Positions 1-13,996 of a stretch of 64,000 bases of DNA are shown one piece after another; the stretch's first letter is position 1, and every line of letters starts with the position of its first letter. The notes under the pieces were generated by a model, which worked only from the letters and a program-made list of their open reading frames with translations, was not told the DNA's origin and made no database searches. This stretch comes from Eledone cirrhosa (lineage: Eukaryota): positions 154,690,001 through 154,754,000 of the forward strand of contig OZ024740.1 in assembly GCA_964016885.1 (NCBI GenBank). Direction: 5' to 3'. The translations under genes and the position numbers were made by a program.

Positions 1-32
<32 letters not shown>

Positions 33-439
33 AACCAGTAAGACCCCGACAGCTGAGCTGTATGTGTGTGTGTGTGTTTATATGCATATGTAGAATAATC
101 TGTGTATATATATGTATATGAAATAAACTGTATTAGAGACAGTTAACTTTGTAGTATTATATATTAATAATGACTGCTCCTTCGTTGTTTTGAGCTGATT
201 TAGGCGGTTTTTGGCTGCTATTTCTAGCATCGATATAAGTTCATAGTATTGTCCTGATACACTGAGTGTGATGAAAGAGCTTTGACAATATAAAAACAAC
301 CATCCGGTTATCGAACCAAACAGCCAACCAAAAATTTATAATACAGGTGCATGTGTTTTTATTGGCAGCATGACCCTCTCAAAGTATAACAATATATGTA
401 TATATATATACATATATACATATATATATGTATATATAT

Positions 440-1303
440 GTCCCAAATGCAAAGTATGGGTGCATAAAAGATGTAGTGGGATCACAGGTAAACTATCTAA
501 GAACGTAGATTTTTATATGTGACCAGTGCTCAGGTTCAATAAGTAGCAAGTGCCCACAGGATACTAGCTCCTTCTATTGCCCAGATGGCTCTATAGAAAT
601 AGTGGACACCTTCCATCAGCTGGGTGACAAAATCAGCAGTGGTGGAGGGTGCTCAGAAAGTACAGTAGCCAGAGTCAGAACGGGATGGAATAAGTTCAGA
701 GAGCTTATACCACTATTGACCACTAAAGGTTTCTCTCTAAAAATGAAAGGCCGACTGTATGATGCCTGCATACGAACAGCTATGTTACATGGCAGTGAGA
801 CTTGGGCATTGTGTGTAGAGGATCTGCGCAGACTGGAGAGGAACGAAGCTTGCATGCTCTGTTGGATGTATAATAGTAATATACGTGAACAGCAAAGCAT
901 AAATGAACTAAGTGAGAAATTAGGTATAAGAGGGATCAGATGCTGTTTACTCGAGAGAAGACTACGTTGGTATGGTCACGTGATGCGCACACCCCTTTCA
1001 ATGTAAAGTTATGTTAGTACTACAACATCCAGTCCTAAATAAATGAGGTCGTGTAGGTGTCACGACAAAAAACATGCATTCCACACTGTAATGTGGCCGT
1101 GTAGGTAACACGGTAAAAACCTCCCAGTCCACACTGTAAACGTAGCTGGTGTTAGGAAGGGCATCCAGCCATAGAAAACCTGCCAGACAGTCCCATACGA
1201 GCAAGACAACCAATCTTGCCTCAAGTGGGACAATTCCCGTCTAAACCCATGCTAGCGTGGAAGATAGACGTTAAACGATGATGATGATGATGATGATGAT
1301 GAT
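440..1303 (+). mobile_element. RTE-clade LINE, 3' fragment with internal deletion and (GAT)n tail
   Basis: RT C-terminus (ARVRTGWNKF, LHGSETW, RRLRWYGHV), a 3' UTR shared with other copies, and a (GAT)n tail at 1277-1303. Confidence 0.9.
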
Positions 1304-1362
1304 GAATGATGATTTTCTTCGAATTAAAAAGTTCTAGTCCTGTAGAAGCCATTTCTATATTG

Positions 1363-4389
<3,027 letters not shown>

Positions 4390-4517
4390 ATCATCAGTGG
4401 TACTATTATGTTTCCTCTCGTTTTATTGTAAAGCCTACACCATTTTTAAAATACAACAGGAGGAAACATAATAGTACCACTGATGATGTCGCTGATGTGT
4501 GACGAAAGAACTTTGAT

Positions 4518-4524
<7 letters not shown>
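4390..4524 (+). mobile_element. Small fold-back element: 28-bp inverted repeat (4390-4417 / 4460-4487) with an HHR-like motif (4471-4524) ending at (TA)n
   Basis: atcatcagtggtactattatgtttcctc / gaggaaacataatagtaccactgatgat. The right arm runs into CUGAUGA-U-GUCGC..GUGAC-GAAAGAACUU. The element truncates the upstream RTE copy. Confidence 0.65.
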
Positions 4525-4565
<41 letters not shown>

Positions 4566-4783
4566 TTTATATCTGTACTTTTAACCATTGGTCAGTCAAT
4601 GATAAACATTGATTGCCAAATAAATTAACTATGGAGATATAAAAGATACAGAAGTGAAAACCAACCCAAACCAAACAGTGAGTGTGTTCTGTTATTATTT
4701 CTGGCAATATTATAACAATATGACCCTCCCCAAGTATAACAATATTTGTTTCGACACACGATTTCATATGAAAAATCTTGCAA

Positions 4784-4828
<45 letters not shown>

Positions 4829-4835
4829 ATGTATG

Positions 4836-4868
<33 letters not shown>

Positions 4869-5164
4869 ATAACGTATTTGGTATCTATTTTAATTAATAT
4901 TTATATATATTCATTAACATAGATACTAAATAGGTTTTTACATTAAATGATGATTTACGAACGTTTTGTCCCCATCCTGGGTCTTGTCAAAATCAGTTAT
5001 TTAAGATTAAAAACATGCTTTTGGGGCTAATTCTTTCAAAGTAGCATGAAACATAGCCTTTTGTACTGCTTATAATAAATTACTCTATTTTGAGCTGTTT
5101 TTTAACTTCTCCGCCTATGTTTCTAATTTTTTATATTGTTTTTGTAAAAAATGATATATATTTC

Positions 5165-5317
<153 letters not shown>

Positions 5318-5643
5318 TCAGACCGGGTGATGTGTTGTTTCCTTGAGCAAGACACTTTATTTCACATTGCTCCAGTTTACTCAGCTGTAGAAATGAGATG
5401 ATAGGGACTGGGGTCCATATCATTCCACTGCAAAGTGGTCGTGGAGGTGCCACGGCAAAAAAGCACCCAGCACTCACTGTAAATGAGGTTGGTGTTAGGA
5501 AGGGCATCCAGCTGTAGAAATCAAGCCAGAATCATATATATATAAGAGATGTCAACATGCATGGACCTGTTATGTTTATCTAAAGACATTTTTTTCCAAT
5601 TCCAACTCGCCCGTCGCTTCAATCTATCGCATTTCTCATTCTT

Positions 5644-5679
5644 TCTTCTAATGAAGGACTAGCGTCCGAAACGTCAAGA
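5644..5679 (+). ncRNA. Minimal hammerhead motif, core-mutated
   Basis: UCUU-CUAAUGA-A-GGAC-uagc-GUCC-GAA-ACGU-C-AAGA. Every helix is present, but CUGAUGA is changed to CUAAUGA. Confidence 0.65.
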
Positions 5680-5757
5680 CCCTCTTCCTGCTATTTCAAA
5701 CGTTACTTAAAATATTCCTTTCATATACAGTACCGATTGTGTTGTTATTTCCGTTTA

Positions 5758-5795
<38 letters not shown>

Positions 5796-5864
5796 GACGT
5801 AAAATAAGAAAATATTTTTTTTTAAAAAAAATTTAAAAAAAATTTTTTTCTTACTTAAATTTTC

Positions 5865-5946
5865 ACTCCAACTAATTAGTTTCTGCAATGGGATAAAGAC
5901 AGTTACGTAATCCAACTGTCGAGAATTCATTGCGTCATCAGGAAGT
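5865..5946 (-). ncRNA. Type I hammerhead ribozyme motif (copy 1)
   Basis: Minus strand: ACUUC-CUGAUGA-C-GCAAUG..GACAGUU-loop-AACUGUC..CAUUGC-A-GAA-ACUAAUUAGU-U-GGAGU. Stem I ACUUC/GGAGU, intact core, extended stem II, palindromic stem III, GUU cleavage triplet. Confidence 0.8.
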
Positions 5947-6423
5947 CTATTCTCAGTTAAGTCTCCAGGCAATGCGCGGACACTGGCGGCTCATATAAAA
6001 ATAATAATAATTCGGTAGATCGAACAGCTTGCGAGGACTGAATTCTATGTACCGAAATTCTCACTGCTTCAAGTCAAATGGCCGATTCTAAAGAATCAAT
6101 CACGTGACACAGAGGCTAGTTAGAAGGAATGGGATGGTAAGATGACTGACGCCTACTAACACCCCAAAAATAATTTTTTTAGAAGTGGTTTTGACAAGTT
6201 TGCTCGACAAATCAGTGATTTGGAGATAAATATAGATAATTTAATATATCAACTAACATAAGCGCACAGATGCACGCCCATGCCAGCAAATACACAGGTT
6301 ATGTCATAGTACCTAGGTGGTTCAATGCAGGAGAATGCAGAACAATAATATAAAGGACGTAAAATAAGAAAATATTTTTTTTAAAAAAAATTTAAAAAAA
6401 ATTTTTTTCTTACTTAAATTTTC

Positions 6424-6505
6424 ACTCCAACTAATTAGTTTCTGCAATGGGATAAAGACAGTTACGTAATCCAACTGTCGAGAATTCATTGCGTCATCAG
6501 GAAGT
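6424..6505 (-). ncRNA. Type I hammerhead ribozyme motif (copy 2)
   Basis: Same sequence as 5865-5946, offset 559 nt. Confidence 0.8.
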
Positions 6506-6982
6506 CTATTCTCAGTTAAGTCTCCAGGCAATGCGCGGACACTGGCGGCTCATATAAAAATAATAATAATTCGGTAGATCGAACAGCTTGCGAGGACTGG
6601 ATTCTATGTACCGAAATTCTCACTGCTTCAAGTCAAATGGCCGATTCTAAAGAATCAATCACGTGACACAGAGGCTAGTTAGAAGGAATGGGATGGTAAG
6701 ATGACTGACGCCTACTAACACCCCAAAAATAATTTTTTTAGAAGTGGTTTTGACAAGTTTGCTCGACAAATCAGTGATTTGGAGATAAATATAGATAATT
6801 TAATATATCAACTAACATAAGCGCACAGATGCACGCCCATGCCAGCAAATACACAGGTTATGTCATAGTACCTAGGTGGTTCAATGCAGGAGAATGCAGA
6901 ACAATAATATAAAGGACGTAAAATAAGAAAATATTTTTTTTAAAAAAAATTTAAAAAAAATTTTTTTCTTACTTAAATTTTC

Positions 6983-7064
6983 ACTCCAACTAATTAGTTT
7001 CTGCAATGGGATAAAGACAGTTACGTAATCCAACTGTCGAGAATTCATTGCGTCATCAGGAAGT
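6983..7064 (-). ncRNA. Type I hammerhead ribozyme motif (copy 3)
   Basis: Same sequence as 5865-5946, offset 1118 nt. Confidence 0.8.
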
Positions 7065-7341
7065 CTATTCTCAGTTAAGTCTCCAGGCAATGCGCGGACA
7101 CTGGCGGCTCATATAAAAATAATAATAATTCGGTAGATCGAACAGCTTGCGAGGACTGGATTCTATGTACCGAAATTCTCACTGCTTCAAGTCAAATGGC
7201 CGATTCTAAAGAATCAATCACGTGACACAGAGGCTAGTTAGAAGGAATGGGATGGTAAGATGACTGACGCCTACTAACACCCCAAAAATAATTTTTTTAG
7301 AAGTGGTATATATATATATAAAGGTTTACACATATATATAC

Positions 7342-7464
<123 letters not shown>

Positions 7465-7526
7465 GCAACGGGTCACTTTGTGGCTCAATGAAGAGTTAAT
7501 AAATTAAATAATCAGAGCTATATATC

Positions 7527-7834
7527 ATAAAACATGTCTATAGAATCACCAGATAAAATATATACCGTTTCCTCTCCCAATTAGCATAATTAACCATATA
7601 AAAAATCGATTAGACCAAGCTATAAGAATAAAGGCTTCTATGAAGAAATCTCCGACAATTAACCGAAAGCAGCCCTTTGCGGTGCTGCCACGGAGTATTT
7701 ATCGAGTATTTCGACAGCGTGTATAAATCGTTCAGATATACAGTCAACTAAACAGAATTAGGTGTAAAATAAACTAGGAGAAAAGTTAACATATTTAGGA
7801 AACGGTATATATTTTATCTGGTGATTCTATAGAC

Positions 7835-7843
<9 letters not shown>
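7527..7843. repeat. Fold-back element with 47-bp perfect inverted repeats (7527-7573 / 7797-7843)
   Basis: ataaaacatgtctatagaatcaccagataaaatatataccgtttcct and its reverse complement. Abuts (TA)n. Confidence 0.8.
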
Positions 7844-7867
<24 letters not shown>

Positions 7868-7952
7868 GCAAAAGTTCTATTTAAATTGTTGGGATACAAC
7901 AAGCAAATATTTTCATAACTGATATAAAGCACTCGACAAGTATTTGGAGTAA

Positions 7953-8255
7953 ATATACGATATTAATAAATGGAAACTATATTTATAAACCCATATTTAT
8001 TTCATTATACATATTTCAAGGATACCATGTTAAATTATGGTATGCCTTCATCAGACAAAATACAATATATACCAGTTTTATAAATAAACATTGACGTACC
8101 CTTTCAAAATGCGACCGTTACTTTTGGAAGACATCCTGATTCTTCCAAAAGTATTTTGTCTGATGAAGGCATACCATAATTTAACATGGTATCCTTGAAA
8201 TATGTATAATGAAATAAATATGGTTTTATAAATATAGTTTCCATTTATTAATATC

Positions 8256-8261
<6 letters not shown>
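7953..8261 (+). mobile_element. Fold-back element with 111-bp inverted repeats (7953-8063 / 8151-8261) carrying an HHR-like motif at ~8160-8206
   Basis: Arms match with 1 mismatch. Right arm reads CUGAUGA-AGGcAUACCAU..AUGGUAUCCU-U-GAAAUAUGUA and ends in (TA)n. The spacer contains a separate 13-bp hairpin (8119-8153). Confidence 0.75.
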
Positions 8262-8319
<58 letters not shown>

Positions 8320-8479
8320 TATATATATACATATATATACACATACACATATAGCGATGTCATAATGTCGTAATGCTGACAGCCAGACATACAGACAGAT
8401 ATTATAAGGGCGTAACGTTATATCTATGTATCTATCTAAAAAGAAAGACTAAGAATTATAGAGAGAGATCGCTAAATCG

Positions 8480-8660
8480 CCTAATGCGCTCCCTAGGGCA
8501 TTGAAAATTTGAAATTTATTTTGCTCAAAACACTCATGGGACCATAAGTATTACATGTGTAAAGTTTGAAAACAATCGGTTGGGTGTTTCACGAATTTTA
8601 GTGAGCTGACAGACAGACAGACATTCTCTGTTTTAGACATATAGATGTAGATATAGATGA
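8480..8660 (+). mobile_element. Possible Helitron/Helentron (DINE-like) terminal fragment
   Basis: gtaaagtttgaaaacaatcggttgggtgtttcacga..gacagacagacagacatt..tatagat resembles the ends of non-autonomous Helentrons. Pattern memory only. Confidence 0.35.
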
Positions 8661-8998
8661 TATATAAATGTGTTTGTGTAAACCAGCGTTCAAATCGGAG
8701 ACGCTGGCCACAAAACACGATCATCACTAACAATGAATACATAGAGAGAATCCCTTATGATTGATTCCCAACCTGCTAGAAATAGCAGTCAGCTTAATTA
8801 GCATACCCGGATGTTTTTCTTCTTCTTTGATATTATAAAATTAGTATCAATAGACCCTTGTGGATATATCCTTATTCCATTGCCGTACTTTCTTTCAATT
8901 GTCAGTTTTCATTTTTGTGTGATACGCGAAGAAACCAACCAACAAACACCTCTCTTTTATATTATATATAGATTGTTATATAAAACATTTAATTACAG

Positions 8999-9092
8999 AT
9001 GAGAAACCTCAAAATTATAGGAAGAGATCAGAATCAGATGGCACCATTCGAAACTACACAATTGAAGTTTTAGCACTTGTTGATGAAAGCAA
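8999..9092 (+). CDS. ADAMTS/M12B-like metalloprotease, first exon seen (end of prodomain, RKR furin site, start of catalytic domain)
   Basis: ttacag|AT...AGCAA|gtaagt. Translates (D)EKPQNYRKRSESDGTIRNYTIEVLALVDES. YTIEVLALVD matches the first strand of reprolysin catalytic domains. Phase 1 in, phase 2 out. Confidence 0.85.
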
Positions 9093-11653
9093 GTAAGTTG
9101 GATAAAGAATGTTTAAGTTTATTCCTATGTCATAGTCACTGCTCTGACCATACATCCCTGGCTCAGTGATAACATGTAAAAATGGTCTTCATGTGTAGTT
9201 AAAGGATTCACTTTATAACCATATGGTTAAGGTCTCAGGCCCACTGCATTATACTTTGGGAAGTGTCTTCAACTATAGCTTATTGTTAACCAATGGCTTG
9301 TGAGTGGAATTTGATAGATGGAAACTGTGTAGAAGCTTATTATATATGTATATATGCATATCCCTTGTTTTGTTTACGTTTAGTGTTTGTTTATGCTCTG
9401 TAACTTACCAGTTTGACATAAAAATATCAATAAAATATGTACCAGACATGAAACAAATAAAGAACAGTGTCGATATGATCAACTATGTCCCTTCAAAGCA
9501 GTGTCCCAGCATGGTCATAGTCTAAAGACTGAAACCAGTAAAAGAATAAGAATAACTGTCTCTCATCTTTTACACTGAATGTTTTCTGTCAGATCATTCC
9601 ATTACAGAATATTTTGTTGCCATTCTTATCTACCCTCATTGTTTTAACTAAAGTCTACCTCACAGTTCAGTTAGCCCCCCCCCCCTCAATACACACCACC
9701 ACCACCACACACACATGTCCTTCACTATACATTCACTACTGTATCTTGCATGTATGGCAGCAGAACCCTGAGAGTGGCTGATGAAAAACGTTTTGTGGTA
9801 TTTATTCTGGTTCTTTGCATTCTGAGTTTAAACTCCACCAAAGACAACTTTGCCTTACATCCTTTCAAGATTAATAAATAATGTACCTCCTTTCAAGATT
9901 GATAAATAATGTACCTGAATGGGATCATTATGTTCATCATCATAACTATTGCTTGTGGTGATGATAGGATTACCAGGATCTAGTTGATCTTGTCAATCTT
10001 ATCAATACTCCCAGGGCCACAGCATGGATGCTCCTATCTTGAGAAAGGACAGCAATGTGTTCAACTGTGGTGGAACCACATCTAACCAATCTTTGTAACT
10101 GACACTCTTGTGGACACGATAAGAAGAAGATCATCATCATCATTTAACATCTATTTTCCATGATTGCATGCGTTAGATGGATTATCACATACTGAGGCTC
10201 ACTAGTTAGGTGACCATGTCTTGCTCATACACATCGTTTTTGGCTGTGTGCCCTTCTCAATGCCAGCCACTAAACAGCATGTTCTAGGAGAATCTTATTG
10301 TGATTCCGGCATTATCACTGTACTGGGCGTTTTCCATTGTGGCACCAACATGTTACAGAGTAGACTGAGTGTTTTTATTGTCGCCACATCAATTACTTCA
10401 TTACAACACTATGGTGTTCATGGGAGTAGGTGTGTTAAAAAAGTGGGAAGGTTGCTAGCTATATGAGGAGGGAGACATCACATTATAGGAGAGGAAGCGC
10501 TGGGTAATCAGGTGACTCTGAAATAAGTGGGTATATATCTTGTGGTGTTAATTTTGGCTCTTTGTGTTCTGAGTTGAAACTCTCTTGTGGCCTACCAAGC
10601 ACTAAAGAAAGGATTGGATCCCCTCTGTGTACACACATAGTTAACCAGAGATAGTATTTCAACCATCCATGATATTGAACCTCTTGGGAGCAGACAATAC
10701 CTGATAAAGATGTCAAAGATTATTGACACTACCATACTTCATTTGACTAAATAGAATTTTAAGATTATAAATTTTCATATAACATAATTGATCCTTGAAA
10801 AACTACACACAAAAATCTGTTAGAATGTGATGAAAATGTTTACACTACAAAATAAATGAAAAGTAAAAATAATACTTCTTGTGTATGTGTGTGTGTGTTT
10901 TATTTAATAATTTGACTCCAGTACTTGTTTTATAAAGTCTAGTATTCATCCATCATTCCCTTTTTTTGTCAAACTGCTAATGTATGGGACATAAACACAG
11001 ACACTCACAGACACATGCACATGGATACACATCTACATTCATACAATTAGTTTCTCCACTTCCCATCTACCAAATTCCTCTTACAAAGCATTAATCAACC
11101 TGAAACTGTAGTAGAAGACATATACCCATGGTGCCATACAGCAGGACAATATCCAGAATGTCATGGTTGCAATGTGAACTCCTCAACTATGGTTAAAATA
11201 ACTCTTCCATGATGTAATTGCTTCAATTCCAACACAGACACAAGACACTTGCCAAATAAGTACAATGCCAAAATTAATTTGCCCTTAAATTAACTGAAAT
11301 TCTGAAATATTTTTCAGCCTATAACATTCAAAACGTTCATGAAGACTGGGCTACTAACAATGCAATTTTTTATCATTGTTGGCAGCTTATCTTAATGAAG
11401 TATCAGTTGATGCTTGTGAGGGTGCCTAACTATTCCAATGACTTAGCTTTGCTATCAGCAATGGCAATGCTGTGAGTGTCTTAATTTGCCTCAAACAGTT
11501 TTAGAAGGAAACACCAGTATTCCCTATTGTAATGCATAATTGAGTGTGCATGTATTTTCCCATTTTCTTCTTTCTGACTCCTTTTTATTGATTTGTTTCT
11601 TTTGTAAATAATACTGTCTAAACCCATGCTAGCGTGGAAGATAGACGTTAAAC

Positions 11654-11693
<40 letters not shown>

Positions 11694-12329
11694 AATTATA
11701 TAATCTGTGTTTATAAAAATTTACCCTTTTATTTATAAAATCTTCTTCCATATATTATTATCATCACTATATATCTGCTTTCCCTCCTGACATAGATTGG
11801 ACCAGGTCCAGGTCTAGGGCCACATCTTGATCATATGTTGCTTATTTAGGCATGGTTTCTATGGCTGGATGACCTTCCTAATGCCAATCACTTTACAGAG
11901 TATATGGGATGCATTTCATCATGGCTCCAGCACTAGTGAGATTGTCAAGTCATTAAGAGTTTTCCACATACTTTCTATTAATCAAATTTATCGTCAAGAC
12001 ACTGGTCGACCTGAGCCTACAGTAGATGATGCTTACCCATAGTGCCATGCCATAGGATCGAACCCCAAGCCACATGTTTGTGAAGCAAATGTCTTAACCA
12101 TACAACCGTGCCTGCACCAACACATGAAACAAAATCACAATTTAAAATATATACAAATACTAATATTTAATTGATTGACTAATAGTTAATCATTTTGAGG
12201 TAATGAACTGGCAAAGTCATTTGATATTTGTTCTGATTGACTGTGCTAGAGTTCAAACCCTGCTGAGGTTACGAGGTTAACTTTGCCTTTCATCTTTTCA
12301 AGGTCAATAAAGTACAAATCTAGTACACA

Positions 12330-12393
<64 letters not shown>

Positions 12394-12496
12394 CTCACAC
12401 ACACACACACACACAGAAACTATGTTCTAACCTGGAGATGGGCGGGCTCTGCCAGGTTAGAAATGGCAAATTTAATGTTTTCTCTTTTCTATACAG

Positions 12497-12569
12497 ATGG
12501 ATTGAAGACGAGACTTTTGGCATAGGACTTAGGAGATTACGCTCATACTTTGGCCATGTATTTTATGGG
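12497..12569 (+). CDS. ADAMTS-like exon
   Basis: ttttctatacag|A...GGG|gtaagt. Translates (K)WIEDETFGIGLRRLRSYFGHVFYG. Phase 2 in, phase 0 out, compatible with both neighbours. Confidence 0.8.
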
Positions 12570-13996
12570 GTAAGTTTTGATTATTAGATTTTGAGGATTA
12601 ACATTTTGATATCAATCCAACCAGAACTGGTACTGGTTCTATGAAACAAAACCACCAATTTTAAAGGGTTCCTAAATAACTCTTAACATCCTGTAATGAT
12701 TTTGCAGAAAATATTTTTTAATGGGTTTATTTAAATGCTTATAGTATTTGTATTAGTGAACAGATTATTGTGAAAATTTGCAATAAACTAAAGTAGACTT
12801 TAATTTTTAATGTGATGCAGTCATAGTGCTATTTTGCACTTTTCAAGAATGTTTTGTAATGTCGTTTCATGTTAAATTAAAATCTCCCAAGATAATCTCT
12901 TAATATATAATAGCCTTGTGTATTTGTCCGTTACACACTTGAGATGTCTGAGGAAGGAAGGGATGATAATGTCAACTGAGGAAAGAGAGGGTGATTATAT
13001 CAACTGATAAAGGAAGGGGCGATAACATTGACTTAGGAAGGAGGGGTGGCAGTGTCTAATATTCGCTACATATTATGTGTGCCTATATGTATAGCAAATT
13101 GGTTACACACATTGGCTGTTATGATTATGTGAGTGTTTGTGTGTATGTGTGTTTGTGTAAATTATATTTATATATAATATTTGTGTGAGTGTATAAGTGT
13201 TTGGGTGTGTTTATTTATAAAGATACATAAACAATAGAATAACAAACACACACACATCTACACATACGTATATATAAACAGACACACTTAGAAAAAATAA
13301 TAATTACAAACACACACATCTATGTGATGACTGAGAAAGCGGGGGTGAGAAACTATGGAAGTCCAGCATTCTAAGATTTGTCACAGCTGTGTGTTTGTAA
13401 GTTTGTATCACTTGTGTGAGTGAGCCAACCAACCAACCAACAAACAAACACATTTTTTTTATATGTATAGATATTACAATTAGGCGTCATTTTTGATGGC
13501 ACAGGGCCAGATTGCTTTATATAAAAGCCATATAGTGATTTATCTTAGTAATAAAATAATTAATGATTTTAGTAAATCTCTAAAAATGTTTCATTAATTA
13601 ATAGAAATATGGTCATGCAGAAGTAAATACACACCCACTCTTACTCACACAATATCAACATCATCATCATTTTACATCTGCTTTCCATGCTGGCATGGGT
13701 TGGATTGGTTGTCACATTTTGCTTCTTTGTAATTGAACAGGTTGGAAAACCATGTAATTTTTAGTATGGTTTCTACAGCTGGATACCTTTCCCAGCACCA
13801 GCCACTTGACAGAGTATACTGGGTGCTTTATCTAATTTCATCAGCACTATCACTTTATAGTTGGTAGTTGATGCATTTTATCATGGCATTAGTTCTAGTG
13901 AGATTGTTAAGTCCTCAACACGACTAATAGAGTCCTCTCAGCCCTACACAGTCTCAGTTCACACACACACATACAAACATATATATATATATATTT

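Larger units (their letters stand above)
5791..7307 (-). mobile_element. ~2.7-copy tandem array of a 559-560-bp unit, one hammerhead ribozyme per unit (retrozyme-like or tandem Penelope pLTR)
   Basis: Unit starts (taaaggacgt) at 5791, 6351 and 6910. Units are almost identical, non-coding and flanked by (TA)n on both sides. HHR on the minus strand of each unit. Confidence 0.85.

Noticed and set aside
4952-4994. Minus-strand HHR-like remnant (ttgacaa-gaccc..gggga-caaaacgttc)
   Set aside because: Both halves of the core are mutated. Too degenerate to call.
11319-11400. Candidate extra exon after ttttcag in the first visible intron
   Set aside because: It gives an immediate stop in the required phase and has no good donor site.
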